64,000 nt of DNA from Escherichia phage PMBT57, in sequence record MG770228.1; one strand, given 5' to 3'. The translations under genes were made by a program, and so were the position numbers. Each line of letters begins with the position of its first letter. Position 1 is the stretch's first letter. The notes beneath the pieces are model-generated. The model made no database searches and was not told where the DNA came from. It saw only the letters and a program-made list of their open reading frames with translations. Positions 18,601 to 28,203 of this stretch are shown one piece after another.

Positions 18601-20146
18601 GTGCTTGAGCCATAGCTTCTTGTGCTGCCTGTGCAACATAGTCATCAGCAACAGGAGATGCTTCTTCATTCTGCTTCATAACCCGTTCACCACGAGCTAC
18701 CAAAGTGTTCTTAATAGGAGAAACAACCTTACCTGCTACACTACCAGCAGCTTTAACACCAGCCATTGTGGTACGCAATACAGGAGCAGTTGCAGCACCT
18801 GCTAAACGAGCAGCACCAGCCGGAGCCTGTACAACACCAGCAGAACCAAAGCCATAAAGAGCACCTAAACCAGCTTGTGTACCGACACCTTTAAGCAGGT
18901 CTTGGTTCTTATCAATGTTTTGTTGCTGTGCAATATTCTGAGCCAGTTGGCCTGTAGCACCCTGAACACCTTCTTCCACTGTTTCACGGGCAAGGTTCAT
19001 ACCTACAGCACCTAAAGAACCAGCACGGAAAGGAGCCATCTCAAAACGAGATACTAGAGGACCAGTTGCAGCAGCAATAGGTAATTGAATAGCAGCAGCA
19101 GTAAGACCAGTTTCAGATGCAGTTTGACGACGAGCCTGTTCAGGGGACATACCATCTTTAATATGTTGCTGATAAACAGGAGACTTCTCTAAGTCTTTAA
19201 GACTCATCTTCATAATTTCGTCAGCAGTTTGTTGGTATGCACCACCAGCTTCCATTGCACCAACACCAATCATACCTGGTGCAGCTCTGCCTACAGTAGA
19301 GGCAATACGAGCCAGTGACTGAGTACCAGTACCTGCATCAATAGCACCAGCCAATGCAGCACTACGAAGAGTATTTACTGGAACAACTGCTTTACCCAGT
19401 AAAGATGCACCCCTTAATACAGGACCAGCACCTAATAGAGAACCTACCCCTTCCGCTAACCCATCAGAAATAATAGAGTCAGTTTGAGCAGCGTTCTCAA
19501 TTGAACCTACAAAATCACGTCCAAATTTAGATAAGGAAGCTACTATGTCATTAGTGCCTTCTTTCTTATCTGTTTGATACTGACGTTCACTCTCTACTTC
19601 ACTCATTAAATTACGAGCAGCAAAGAGCTTACGTTTATCTTGTAATGCTTGGCTTTGGGTAGCATGGACAGCATCATTAAACTTACTCAATTGTTGGGCA
19701 ATGACAGCACCTGCATCATCGTTGAGTAAGCCTGCCCCAAGAGCACCAATGCCCCCAAGGGTATTAACAAAACCAAGACCAACACCAGTAGCAATATCCC
19801 CCAGTTCTTCCCCAGGAGTTCTTGTAGTAACTGAATCATTAAATACCTGGTTCCCTGCATCAGCACGAGCGTTGATAAGTTGTAAGCCTTGCTCAACCCC
19901 ATACTTATTCATGATTTGCATTGGAGTCAGATTCATGAAATCTGATTGCACTGTCCCTGGTTCAAATGCATTAGCCCCAACATTACCAGTACGGGCAGCT
20001 TGCATTTGATAAGCAGCATCAGGAGAAACAAGAGGAGTAGTGACACCTTGTTCAGCTTTCTTCTGGGCGGTTGCAGTAGAGACGTCAACTTGCTTTGCAT
20101 TGGTTACGCTGTCTGCGAACCCAGCCAGTCTATCAAATACTGACAT
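9644..20146 (-). CDS. giant virion-encapsidated RNA polymerase (N4 gp50-like vRNAP, ~3500 aa)
   Basis: Single 10.5-kb ORF; track start gives 3506 aa, but the 7th codon ATG (MSVFDRL) has AGGAAA 7 nt upstream and gives 3500 aa, the size I recall for N4 vRNAP; no other phage family has a single-chain protein of this size at this position. Confidence 0.85.
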   Translation of the reverse strand: MSVFDRLAGFADSVTNAKQVDVSTATAQKKAEQGVTTPLVSPDAAYQMQAARTGNVGANAFEPGTVQSDFMNLTPMQIMNKYGVEQGLQLINARADAGNQVFNDSVTTRTPGEELGDIATGVGLGFVNTLGGIGALGAGLLNDDAGAVIAQQLSKFNDAVHATQSQALQDKRKLFAARNLMSEVESERQYQTDKKEGTNDIVASLSKFGRDFVGSIENAAQTDSIISDGLAEGVGSLLGAGPVLRGASLLGKAVVPVNTLRSAALAGAIDAGTGTQSLARIASTVGRAAPGMIGVGAMEAGGAYQQTADEIMKMSLKDLEKSPVYQQHIKDGMSPEQARRQTASETGLTAAAIQLPIAAATGPLVSRFEMAPFRAGSLGAVGMNLARETVEEGVQGATGQLAQNIAQQQNIDKNQDLLKGVGTQAGLGALYGFGSAGVVQAPAGAARLAGAATAPVLRTTMAGVKAAGSVAGKVVSPIKNTLVARGERVMKQNEEASPVADDYVAQAAQEAMAQAPEAEVTIRDAVEATDATPEQKVAAHQYVSDLMNATRFNPENYQEAPEHIRNAVAGSTDQVQVIQKLADLVNTLDESNPQALMEAASYMYDAVSEFEQFINRDPAALDSIPKDSPAIELLNRYTNLTANIQNTPKVIGALNVINRMINESAQNGSLDVTEESSPQEMQNVALAAEVAPEKLNPESVNVVLKHAADGRIKLNNRQIAALQNAAAILKGAREYDAEAARLGLRPQDIVSKQIKTDESRTQEGQYSALQHANRIRSAYNSGNFELASAYLNDFMQFAQHMQNKVGALNEHLVTGNADKNKSVHYQALTADREWVRSRTGLGVNPYDTKSVKFAQQVALEAKTVADIANALASAYPELKVSHIKVTPLDSRLNAPAAEVVKAFRQGNRDVASSQQKADSVNQVKETPVTKQEPVTSTVQTKTPVSEPVKTEPTTKESRPQAIKEPVSQSEKQDATLTNEDTIEQPTESVKETETSVKERTVTEELREGIDAVYPSLVGTADSKAEGIKNYFKLSFTLLEEQKSRTVGSEAPLKEVAQALSSRARYELFTEKEVANPAFNGEVIKRYKELMEHGEGIADILRSRLAKFLNTKDVGKRFAQGTEANRWVGGKLLNIVEQDGDTFKYNEQLLQTAVLAGLQWRLTATSNTAIKDAKDVAAITGIDQALLPEGLVEQFDTGMTLTEAVSSLAQKIESYWGLSRNPNAPLGYTKGIPTAMAAEILAAFVESTDVVENIVDMSEIDPDNKKTIGLYTITELDSFDPINSFPTAIEEAVLVNPTEKMFFGNDIPPVANTQLRNPAVRNTPEQKAALKAEQATEFYVHTPMVQFYETLGKDRILELMGAGTLNKELLNDNHAKSLEGKNRSVEDSYNQLFSVIEQVRAQSEDISTVPIHYAYNMTRVGRMQMLGKYNPQSAKLVREAILPTKATLDLSNQNNEDFSAFQLGLAQALDIKVHTMTREVMSDELTKLLEGNLKPAIDMMVEFNTTGSLPENAVDVLNTALGDRKSFVALMALMEYSRYLVAEDKSAFVTPLYVEADGVTNGPINAMMLMTGGLFTPDWIRNIAKGGLFIGSPNKTMNEHRSTADNNDLYQASTNALMESLGKLRSNYASNMPIQSQIDSLLSLMDLFLPDINLGENGALELKRGIAKNPLTITIYGSGARGIAGKLVSSVTDAIYERMSDVLKARAKDPNISAAMAMFGKQAASEAHAEELLARFLKDMETLTSTVPVKRKGVLELQSTGAGAKGKINPKTYTIKGEQLKALQENMLHFFVEPLRNGITQTVGESLVYSTEQLQKATQIQSVVLEDMFKQRVQEKLTEKAKDPTWKKGDFLTQKELNDIQASLNNLAPMIETGSQTFYIAGSENAEVANQVLATNLDDRMRVPMSIYAPAQAGVAGIPFMTIGTGDGMMMQTLSTMKGAPKNTLKIFDGMNIGLNDITDASRKANEAVYTSWQGNPIKNVYESYAKFMKNVDFSKLSPEALEAIGKSALEYDQRENATVDDIANAASLIERNLRNIALGVDIRHKVLDKVNLSIDQMAAVGAPYQNNGKIDLSNMTPEQQADELNKLFREELEARKQKVAKAKAEVKEETVSEKEPVNPDFGMVGCEHKASGVRILSATAIRNLAKISNLPSTQAATLAEIQKSLAAKDYKIIYGTPTQVAEYARQKNVTELTSQEMEEAQAGNIYGWTNFDDKTIYLVSPSMETLIHELVHASTFEEVYSFYQGNEVSPTSKQAIENLEGLMEQFRSLDISKDSPEMREAYADAIATIEGHLSNGFVDPAISKAAALNEFMAWGLANRALAAKQKRTSSLVQMVKDVYQAIKKLIWGRKQAPALGEDMFSNLLFNSAILMRSQPTTQAVAKDGTLFHSKAYGNNERLSQLNQTFDKLVTDYLRTDPVTEVERRGNVANALMSATRLVRDVQSRGFNMTAQEQSVFQMVTAALATEAAIDPHAMARAQELYTHVMKHLTVEHFMADPDSTNPADRYYAQQKYDTISGANLVEVDAKGRTSLLPTFLGLAMVNEELRSIIKEMPVPKADKKLGNDVDTLLTNAGTQVMESLNRRMAGDQKATNVQDSIDALSETIMAAALKRESFYDAVATPTGNFIDRANQYVTDSIERLSETVIEKADKVIANPSNVAAKGVAHLAKLTAAIASEKQGEIVAQGVMTAMNQGKVWQPFHDLVNDIVGRTKTNANVYDLIKLVKSQISQDRQQFREHLPTVIAGKFSRKLTDTEWSAMHTGLGKTDLAVLRETMSMAEIRDLLSSSKKVKDEISTLEKEIQNQAGRNWNLVQKKSKQLAQYMITGEVGNNLLRNAHAISRLLGERITNSPVADVAAIDKLTTLYSLELMNKSDRDLLSELAQSEVEGMEFSIAYMVGQRTEEMRKAKGDNRTLLNHFKGYIPVENQQGVNLIIADDKEFAKLNSQSFTRIGTYQGSTGFRTGSKGYYFSPVAARAPYSQGILQNVRNTAGGVDIGTGFTLGTMVAGRITDKPTVERITKALAKGERGREPLMPIYNSKGQVVAYEQSVDPNMLKHLNQDNHFAKMVGVWRGRQVEEAKAQRFNDILIEQLHAMYEKDIKDSSANKSQYVNLLGKIDDPVLADAINLMNIETRRKAEELFGKDELWVRRDMLNDALGYRAASIGDVWTGNSRWSPSTLDTVKKMFLGAFGNKAYHVVMNAENTIQNLVKDAKTVIVVKSVVVPAVNFLANIYQMIGRGVPVKDIAVNIPRKASEINQYIKSRLRQIDAEAELRAAEGNPNLVRKLKTEIQSITDSHRRMSIWPLIEAGEFSSIADAGISRDDLLVAEGKIYEYMEKLANKLPEKVRNAGRYALIAKDTALFQGIQKTVEYSDFIAKAIIYDDLVKRKKKSSSEALGQVTEEFVNYDRLPGRFRGYMESVGLMWFYNFKIRSIKVAMSMIRNNPVHSLIATVVPAPAMFGNVGLPIQDNMLTMLAEGRLDYSLGFGQGLRAPTLNPWFNLTH

Positions 20147-20209
20147 AGTAGGTTTCCTATACAAACTTATATCTATTAGAAATCACACTATACCTAGTGT
20201 AAGGACGAG

Positions 20210-20233
20210 AAAAAAGCCCCGAAGGGCTTTTGT
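20210..20233 (-). terminator. rho-independent terminator between the 644-aa gene and the vRNAP gene
   Basis: agccc - cgaa - gggct flanked by A5 and T4, giving a T-run on the - strand. Confidence 0.6.
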
Positions 20234-20246
20234 ATTATGGTAGAAA

Positions 20247-22181
20247 TTAACGAGGAAATATATCAGGGATACCCAATCGACGCCCGGCATCTCTGCCTAA
20301 ACTTCTCCGGTTTGCCTCGCTCTCTTCCTGTTTAATATTTTGTAGGCTCTTAATATCCAAATTCTGAGGGTCAGCAGCTACAGCACTACGAGCACCATCA
20401 AGAAGACGTTTAGCAGTGTTAACTCGCTCCTGATAGCGAGGTAGTACACTTCTAAGGTTTTCCTGACCGGTTTGAATACGACGCTGTACTTCACGTAAAT
20501 CAGCAAGTGCAGTATCTAACGTATTCTGTGCTGCATAGATGTTTGATTGAATTTGAGCAGTAAGCTGATTACGGGCATTCTGTTCAATAGCAGTACCGGT
20601 AGTTGCAAGTTTTGCATTTGCTTCTACGGCTGCTTTATCCAGTTGGTAATCACCACCCAAATCAATAACATCAATATCAAAGGCATTTCGAATACCACTA
20701 AACCATCCCTCTGGTTTACCGGTGATACTACGTTGAATGATTGCTCCTGCCATAGCGGGAGAAATAGCATTCTGTTTTGCTACCTCATTGATTTGTCGAA
20801 CCAGTGCACCTTGGTTAATGCCTTTCAGTTCATTGCTATCAATAATACGTTTAGCCACCTGACCAGTCGTAGAAGGGTCAACAGTAGCAGCTTGGTATTC
20901 AGGCAGCAGAGTATTACCAATATTCTGCATATTACGAGTGCCAACAGTATTACCAGCAACAGAAGTGAATGCTTGTTCCTGTAATGGATTAATAGAATTA
21001 CCTGTTTCTGCTTGAGCAATGTAATCCTTCATTTCATCCCATGACAGGTTCTTATAAGCACCAGGGGTATCATCTGGTAAAGCAGCCCATGTACTCTTCA
21101 GATTACCATTCTTACGAGCATTAAAAATAGCTTCACCCAGTTTGTCTTGGTTCTCCGGAGACATAGGAATGTTCTGCCAATCTTCACCAAATACCTTTGG
21201 AGCAAAGTCTTTAAGGGTATCTTGGTTAATCTGGTATGCACCAACAGGAGAAGCACCTAGTGTCTTCTTCATAGTGTCTTGATGCTGAACCACCTCACCT
21301 AAGTTCATCTGAGTAATAGGTACATCAGTTGGTGTGAACTTATAGGTAGTGTCATATGCAGAACCATTCCGAGTACCCTGAGTACCAGGAGGAGATAGAG
21401 ATGCAGAACCAGTTCCCGGAGTATATGCACCTGGATATGCTCTATCTAACTGAGATAGTGCACGACTTACTGCTCCTGGTGACATTTGGTCGAACGTACC
21501 CTCTGCAAGCATACGAGCATCGTCAGCACTGTATGCACCACGACGAATATTATTCAGTAACTGCATAGCAGCCTGAGTATCCGCATCGTTACGCATATCA
21601 ACACCTAAGTCGAATAAGCTACGACGTTGACCAATACCAGCAGTACCCTGTCCTTGAAGGTTGTTCATGTAGTCCATAACAACACCAGCAGGAAGGGTTT
21701 TTAATACATCCCCATACTGAGCCTGTGCTGCCTGAACCTTTCTTGGGTCACCAGATTGATAAGCCAGAGCCAATTCCTGTAATGCAGGGGCAGCAGCATC
21801 AGTAGCTGCATTTACCTTCATGGTTCTGTCATTACTGTATCGAGTGAAATCCAGATTTTGTTGTTTAGATGCTTGGTCTAACAGATTGCCAGCACGATTA
21901 TCTAAGTTCTCCATAGTACGAGAAGAAATTAGAGAAGGGTCATAGCCAGCAAATAATGCTCCAGAAGCTAAGGCATTACGATACTCATTAGGGTCTTGGT
22001 AACGCATGGCTTCAGCCATAATTGCATCACCAGCTTGCTGTCTTGCAGAGTTTCGAAAATCACCTAATGCATTACTCAATCCGGCAGTGGCATTACCCAG
22101 CATATTGGAGAAAGTACGAATACTATCCCCAACACCAGAGAAAGAAGGAGCATCAACATTACGCCATGTAATTTGAGCCAT
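20247..22181 (-). CDS. virion/injection-associated protein (644 aa; N4 gp51-like position)
   Basis: Track ORF immediately upstream of the vRNAP gene in the late operon; central GAYQINQDTL segment faintly recalls lytic-transglycosylase motifs (unverified). Confidence 0.55.
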   Translation of the reverse strand: MAQITWRNVDAPSFSGVGDSIRTFSNMLGNATAGLSNALGDFRNSARQQAGDAIMAEAMRYQDPNEYRNALASGALFAGYDPSLISSRTMENLDNRAGNLLDQASKQQNLDFTRYSNDRTMKVNAATDAAAPALQELALAYQSGDPRKVQAAQAQYGDVLKTLPAGVVMDYMNNLQGQGTAGIGQRRSLFDLGVDMRNDADTQAAMQLLNNIRRGAYSADDARMLAEGTFDQMSPGAVSRALSQLDRAYPGAYTPGTGSASLSPPGTQGTRNGSAYDTTYKFTPTDVPITQMNLGEVVQHQDTMKKTLGASPVGAYQINQDTLKDFAPKVFGEDWQNIPMSPENQDKLGEAIFNARKNGNLKSTWAALPDDTPGAYKNLSWDEMKDYIAQAETGNSINPLQEQAFTSVAGNTVGTRNMQNIGNTLLPEYQAATVDPSTTGQVAKRIIDSNELKGINQGALVRQINEVAKQNAISPAMAGAIIQRSITGKPEGWFSGIRNAFDIDVIDLGGDYQLDKAAVEANAKLATTGTAIEQNARNQLTAQIQSNIYAAQNTLDTALADLREVQRRIQTGQENLRSVLPRYQERVNTAKRLLDGARSAVAADPQNLDIKSLQNIKQEESEANRRSLGRDAGRRLGIPDIFPR

Positions 22182-22191
22182 GTGATACCTC

Positions 22192-22644
22192 TTAACGAGT
22201 TAAGCGATTAGCTGCAATGTAAGCATCAGCCGTAGATTGGTCACGATTTTCTGCAACAGCACGACTACGAGCACGGTCTTCCAGAGCAGTGTTATAGGAC
22301 TTAATCTGGTTATTCAGATTAGTGTTAGTAACATCTTTAGCAAAAGAGAACTGATTCTTAGCTAACTTGTTAGCCTGTAATGCACCATAGATATTACCCA
22401 GTGCATTAAGACCACCTAACCCCAACTGGAAGGTAGGAATGTTCAGACCCAGTTGGTCAGTAAGCCCTTGAGTCTGTCCACCGGTATTCCCTGTAGCACC
22501 ACCAGTAATGTTCTGAAGCCAGTCATTACTAAGGATGCCGGATTGCATAGGGTTATAGTTCATGGTTGGGGTATTAAAGGAACCATATCCATAGCCAAAA
22601 TTGCTTTGTGCAGATGGGGTTCCAAAAAGGAAATTAGTATCCAT
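22192..22644 (-). CDS. Gly/Asn-rich low-complexity virion protein (150 aa)
   Basis: Track ORF; G/N/T-rich composition; 10-nt gap to the next gene. Confidence 0.6.
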   Translation of the reverse strand: MDTNFLFGTPSAQSNFGYGYGSFNTPTMNYNPMQSGILSNDWLQNITGGATGNTGGQTQGLTDQLGLNIPTFQLGLGGLNALGNIYGALQANKLAKNQFSFAKDVTNTNLNNQIKSYNTALEDRARSRAVAENRDQSTADAYIAANRLTR

Positions 22645-22657
22645 AAGGATTCTCCTG

Positions 22658-25315
22658 TTACGTATCTAAATCAAGCTGCAACGTTATATCTGCAAAGTTG
22701 GTAATCATGTTGTTAGACATATCAGCTATATCATGACCAGTCATAAGAGTACGGCTAAGGAATGAATCCAGTGGTTCAAATTGTTGGCCTACATTAGTTA
22801 GGTTCATTGGGTCAATGTAACCCATGCCCTCAGTGCCAAACATTTCCTCGTACTTTTCCTGAATGGTTTTCATCTGGTCACGGTACTCTGCCATAAGTTT
22901 CTCTGTCTTTTTGACAGTTTCCATAGCAGAAGCATTGATGTAATCACTTATGCCATTTCCTACAGATGAAGTGAGTTTAATGATGTTGTCTGCTTTCATC
23001 ATTTCACCCAGCATCGTAGACATGGATGAACCAGTGGATAAAGCTGTGCCGACATTCATGGCTACCATAGAGGCAATAGTAGCAACAATGATTCCAATCT
23101 TATCCCCAAGCAGACTAACAGAGACTGTTTGAATAATGGACATCAGAATCATAGCTGCAATGGCATTAGCCACAGCCCCAACGATAATAGCAGCTAACCC
23201 TGCAAAACCTAATGCAGCACCAATAGAAGCAGCAGTACCCATTACCCCAGCACCAGCAGCAGGGGTAAAGAACACAGACACCACTACTGCAACAACAACC
23301 ACTACTACTTTAAAGATGCCAGACTGATACCATTTCTTCTTAACTTTCTTATATGAGTTAAGAACCAGATAACAACATGCTGTAGATAACTGAGTACCAT
23401 TTACCAAAGACATACTACGGTAAATGTTGTTATGAAGAGGGATGATAAATCCAGACTCTTCATCATCATTTAGTGCATCTACACCAGAAATGCTTACAGA
23501 TTTATTCTTGTAAACATTATTGTTATGGTTCAGGCCATAGACAGAAATCTTCCTCCATGAGTTATCCCCATCCTGCCAATACATTGTTATCTTATCTAGC
23601 CTGTAGATAGTAAACCCAACTTTGTCATTACCCTTTTCAGAGTACATAACAGCTTTCTGCATAAGGACTACAGTACCTTCATAAGCAAACTTGAGCTGCC
23701 CTTTCTTGGCTCCAGAGAATGCTTTACCTGAACCAACGGACTCTTCAATGAAGTTCCAACTAATAGTCATGTTGTAATGGTATCCACCGTTAGAACGGAT
23801 ATTAATGGATTTAGAAGGTATTGTTGGGTATACGGGTCTTTTAGGGGGCTTCCCTATGGGAATATCCCTATTACCACTACGAGATTCCCACCATTCCTGG
23901 TAAGCATCAAAGTCCCTGTTAGCCTGAGCAAAGCCTTCTACCAAAGCATCCATAGTTGGGTAGTTTGGGTCAGCAGGCATTGACTGATTCACTAACTGGA
24001 AGAATCTGTAGATGTACTCTTTAGCTGTATTTTCAGGACTATTAAGAGAACAACCAAATACAGCATAGATATACTGAATATCACCAATATCTTTGTTCTT
24101 CTTTAGGTCATCCATAATGTCAGAAATCTTACCCCCTGTAGCCTTCTTAAAGGCTTTCTTACAAAGAGTATATGTAGAACCAGAAATCCAGTTCTTATCA
24201 CTACGGATAGGGATGAATGAATAGAATCTGTTATTGGTTGTCTTATTAATAAACAGGGCATCAAGGACGGCATTACCACTGTTCTGTTTATAAATAAACA
24301 GTTGAGGCATACCACCAGCAGACATAGTAGTAACTACATCTGTATTCTGATAAGACCATGTATAACCTAAAGTATCTGTAGTTACTGTAGTAGTTCTGGT
24401 TTCAGTAACCCCACCACCTAAATCAATAACTTCAGTGTTTGTAGTGGAACCAGTGGATACAGTGCCAGTCTGTACCTGGGTCATTGTAGTCTTACGAATA
24501 ATGATTAAGCCTACTTCACTTGGTTCACGAAATTCTTTCTCGTAAACATCTGAGAAGTTAGTCCAACTAACCTGTTCTTCTTCAGTATTGGTACTTTCCT
24601 CATCAGGTCTGCCATCAGAGAATACACTCTTAATATGAGTAACTGTCTTCAGGGTAGCTGACTTAGGAGTATGGTTCTGAGATACCTGAGTCCATTCAGA
24701 AGTAGAAGGTAAGTCATCAGCAGATGATACAGATACAGCAGGGTGAACCACTGGGTCTGCAACACTAGTAGGCTGTATGTAGTAATAGTTCACATACAGA
24801 TACATTGCATCCTGACTGAAATTCTCTGGGTAAAAGGATAACTCACTACCATCAGTAGCAGTGAGTACAATCCTGTCATCATCCATGATGTCTATTTCAA
24901 ACTCTTCAGTAATACGGTCTGGATAATTCTCATAGAGGAATTTATCAGCCCATTCCTCAAAATCACCAAATCCAATCCTACTGCTCTGAACCTGTACCTC
25001 ATAACCTGCTTTTTGAGGAACTTGCCATTTAACTACTTCAGGGTCTATCTGAGACAGTATTGACAAGTTCCCGTAAGCAATACCAATTGAAGGGTCATAG
25101 TTAGTTGCAGCCCAACCAGGGAATCTACGTAAACGAATGCCAGGTCCATTTAAATAAGAGTCAGTGATGGTATCACCCATACTAAAGTCAGATTTACTGA
25201 CGATGTTACCAATCACCGTAGTCTTTAAATAATTTGGACGTTTATGTATATCCCCTGCCAAATTGTAGACAGAGGATGCTACGTAGATTTTAGTCTTACT
25301 GCTAAATAGTCCCAT
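22658..25315 (-). CDS. large virion protein with C-terminal polytopic hydrophobic region (885 aa)
   Basis: Track ORF; C-terminal ~120 aa is strongly hydrophobic (VVVVVVAVVVSVFF..., AAIIVGAVANAIAAMILM...), consistent with a membrane-inserting ejection protein. Confidence 0.6.
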   Translation of the reverse strand: MGLFSSKTKIYVASSVYNLAGDIHKRPNYLKTTVIGNIVSKSDFSMGDTITDSYLNGPGIRLRRFPGWAATNYDPSIGIAYGNLSILSQIDPEVVKWQVPQKAGYEVQVQSSRIGFGDFEEWADKFLYENYPDRITEEFEIDIMDDDRIVLTATDGSELSFYPENFSQDAMYLYVNYYYIQPTSVADPVVHPAVSVSSADDLPSTSEWTQVSQNHTPKSATLKTVTHIKSVFSDGRPDEESTNTEEEQVSWTNFSDVYEKEFREPSEVGLIIIRKTTMTQVQTGTVSTGSTTNTEVIDLGGGVTETRTTTVTTDTLGYTWSYQNTDVVTTMSAGGMPQLFIYKQNSGNAVLDALFINKTTNNRFYSFIPIRSDKNWISGSTYTLCKKAFKKATGGKISDIMDDLKKNKDIGDIQYIYAVFGCSLNSPENTAKEYIYRFFQLVNQSMPADPNYPTMDALVEGFAQANRDFDAYQEWWESRSGNRDIPIGKPPKRPVYPTIPSKSINIRSNGGYHYNMTISWNFIEESVGSGKAFSGAKKGQLKFAYEGTVVLMQKAVMYSEKGNDKVGFTIYRLDKITMYWQDGDNSWRKISVYGLNHNNNVYKNKSVSISGVDALNDDEESGFIIPLHNNIYRSMSLVNGTQLSTACCYLVLNSYKKVKKKWYQSGIFKVVVVVVAVVVSVFFTPAAGAGVMGTAASIGAALGFAGLAAIIVGAVANAIAAMILMSIIQTVSVSLLGDKIGIIVATIASMVAMNVGTALSTGSSMSTMLGEMMKADNIIKLTSSVGNGISDYINASAMETVKKTEKLMAEYRDQMKTIQEKYEEMFGTEGMGYIDPMNLTNVGQQFEPLDSFLSRTLMTGHDIADMSNNMITNFADITLQLDLDT

Positions 25316-25318
25316 GTA

Positions 25319-26227
<909 letters not shown>

Positions 26228-26239
26228 TCATTGGTTCAT

Positions 26240-26277
26240 TAAAAGAAAACGGCTCACGGTTTTACCCAGTGAGCCGT
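26240..26277 (-). terminator. putative rho-independent terminator (- strand)
   Basis: cggctcac ... gtgagccg stem with a TTTTCTTTT run on the - strand, downstream of the gene ending at 26298. Confidence 0.5.
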
Positions 26278-26297
26278 GCTGACTTACAGATTAACTC

Positions 26298-26924
26298 TTA
26301 TTGAGAGTCTACGCTACCAGCAGCAATCTGAGCAGCAGCCAGAGTTTGCAATTCTTCCTTAGTCAGTGGAGGCAGAACTTCAATGGCAAACTCACGTACC
26401 CATGCAGACGTAATATTAGGCTGACCATTCTTACCTTTGGTAACTCGAATGTTCAGGAACTTACGTTCTTTGAGAAAGTTATAAATACAGTAAGGGATGT
26501 GATAGCCCTCATCAGTAGCTTCACCAAATGGAACGAATTTACGAACAGTACCAATATATTCGTTAGCTACTGTAATAATCTCACCAGGCAGGTCTTTCTT
26601 CTTAGGGTCAAGGTTCTGAATACGTACTCGAACCAGCTTTAATTGTTCTAAGCGTTGCTGGTGACGTAAAGAAGTTGCCGTAGTTACTGTACCTGTAGAC
26701 AGAGCCAGAGGATTAGGCTGAGGTTCTGCTGGTTCCTGAGCTTTATTTTCCTGTGCTGCTTCAATCTTCTTACGAAGAGTTTCAGCACTAATATTATTTG
26801 AGTATGAAATACCCATCATATTAGCTCGTTGTTTCAGCAGAGAAAGTTCATCAACCTTAACTTCATCAACGGTGTCATCGTTGCCCTGAGTTAAATCAGC
26901 GGTCGGTTTATCGTTAATGCTCAT
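26298..26924 (-). CDS. hypothetical late protein (208 aa)
   Basis: Track ORF directly downstream of the capsid gene. Confidence 0.6.
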   Translation of the reverse strand: MSINDKPTADLTQGNDDTVDEVKVDELSLLKQRANMMGISYSNNISAETLRKKIEAAQENKAQEPAEPQPNPLALSTGTVTTATSLRHQQRLEQLKLVRVRIQNLDPKKKDLPGEIITVANEYIGTVRKFVPFGEATDEGYHIPYCIYNFLKERKFLNIRVTKGKNGQPNITSAWVREFAIEVLPPLTKEELQTLAAAQIAAGSVDSQ

Positions 26925-26941
26925 GTGTATATATCCTATTC

Positions 26942-26968
26942 ATAAAGTAAGGGGAGGTTTCCCTCCCC
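26942..26968 (-). terminator. rho-independent terminator after the major capsid gene
   Basis: ggggagg - 4-nt loop - cctcccc with TTACTTT on the - strand immediately after the capsid gene stop. Confidence 0.65.
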
Positions 26969-26986
26969 CTGATGTTAGCCCAACTA

Positions 26987-28192
26987 TTACAGCGGAGCTA
27001 CAGTTTTAATAAGAGCCAGACGTTCTGGACGTTTAACCAGAATACCGTAGTACCATTTGATGCTGGAGAAGCCAGTTTCACCATATGGGTCATTACGGTC
27101 AGCAGTTTCTTTACCAGGCATCTTAGTCATAACGGTAAATTTAAGTGACTTACCGTCAGTCTGGAAGCCAATGGAGGTAAAGGAATCATCACCTACTACC
27201 AGCATTGGGTAAACGTCATAGTGCTCTTGGCCAGATACCATAGAGGTACGGTAACCAGGGTTAGCTCCAGTAGCCTGTGCACCAGCACCCGCCCAGTGCA
27301 GCATCTCTGGAACCTGAATGATACGGAACTTATCAATAGAACCGACTTCACCATTCATGATAGTACCTGCATCAGCATAGTGCTGAGTTTCGATAAAGGC
27401 TTTATTACCGAACAGGTCTTTCATTGCTTTCAGTTCTGGAACCAGTTCAGAACCTACATACATGACACGAGTAGCACCGATGACTTTAGTATCAATCATA
27501 CGGGAACCAGTGATGATGGTAGTCTGAGTAGGAGTACGGTTCTCCGTCAGAATCTGGTCAAGACGCATCAGGTTCTTATAAGAAACTACAGACGGGGTAG
27601 AACCTTCACCAGTGATGGTGGAATCAGAAGTAGCAGCACCAGCATACAGAACAGTACCAGCAGCAGCCAGCAGGTCTTTTTGCAGTACAGCTTCAGTAAT
27701 CTGAGTAGCACCATTCATCAGTTCACGGGACAGGTGTTCCATCAGGCCATCATCAGAATCGAAGTCAATAGATTCCTGAGTGAACTCATAGAAGAAGCCA
27801 AACTTGTGAATAGAACCTTCACGAGCAATACGAGTAAAGCCAACACGGTTAACTCGACCACCGTTTTCAGTCAGTAGAGGCAGTTTGGAGGTAATGTTAC
27901 CGATGTCTTTGCTGGAACCATACAGGTTACCGTTAACGATGGTAGCACCACTTGCATCAATACCCTGGTCATTGATGTTACGGTCATCCAGCAGAGGAAC
28001 ATATTCATATACCTTGATGGTCTTACCGTAATGCTTCGGCATGTTAGTTACAGAGGCCAGTGGCATGAAGTACTGCTCTTTACGGGCAGTGATGATTGCT
28101 TTCTTCAGCCAGAAGAAGGTTTGCATCTGGTCAGAGTTAGCACCATCAATACTAGATTTCTGACCGTCAGTAGGAGCGTTATAGTTCAACAT
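26987..28192 (-). CDS. major capsid protein (401 aa; N4 gp56-like)
   Basis: 401 aa (size I recall for N4 MCP); order portal - small gene - acidic scaffold-like - this gene - strong terminator is the classic head module. Confidence 0.7.
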   Translation of the reverse strand: MLNYNAPTDGQKSSIDGANSDQMQTFFWLKKAIITARKEQYFMPLASVTNMPKHYGKTIKVYEYVPLLDDRNINDQGIDASGATIVNGNLYGSSKDIGNITSKLPLLTENGGRVNRVGFTRIAREGSIHKFGFFYEFTQESIDFDSDDGLMEHLSRELMNGATQITEAVLQKDLLAAAGTVLYAGAATSDSTITGEGSTPSVVSYKNLMRLDQILTENRTPTQTTIITGSRMIDTKVIGATRVMYVGSELVPELKAMKDLFGNKAFIETQHYADAGTIMNGEVGSIDKFRIIQVPEMLHWAGAGAQATGANPGYRTSMVSGQEHYDVYPMLVVGDDSFTSIGFQTDGKSLKFTVMTKMPGKETADRNDPYGETGFSSIKWYYGILVKRPERLALIKTVAPL

Positions 28193-28203
28193 GTCTCAAT
28201 TCC

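Noticed and set aside
12047-19902. Multiple 60-140-aa ORFs on the + strand inside the vRNAP gene (for example 13271..13657, 17501..17917)
   Set aside because: All fall inside the single 10.5-kb - strand ORF, lack RBSs and have skewed composition; antisense shadow frames.
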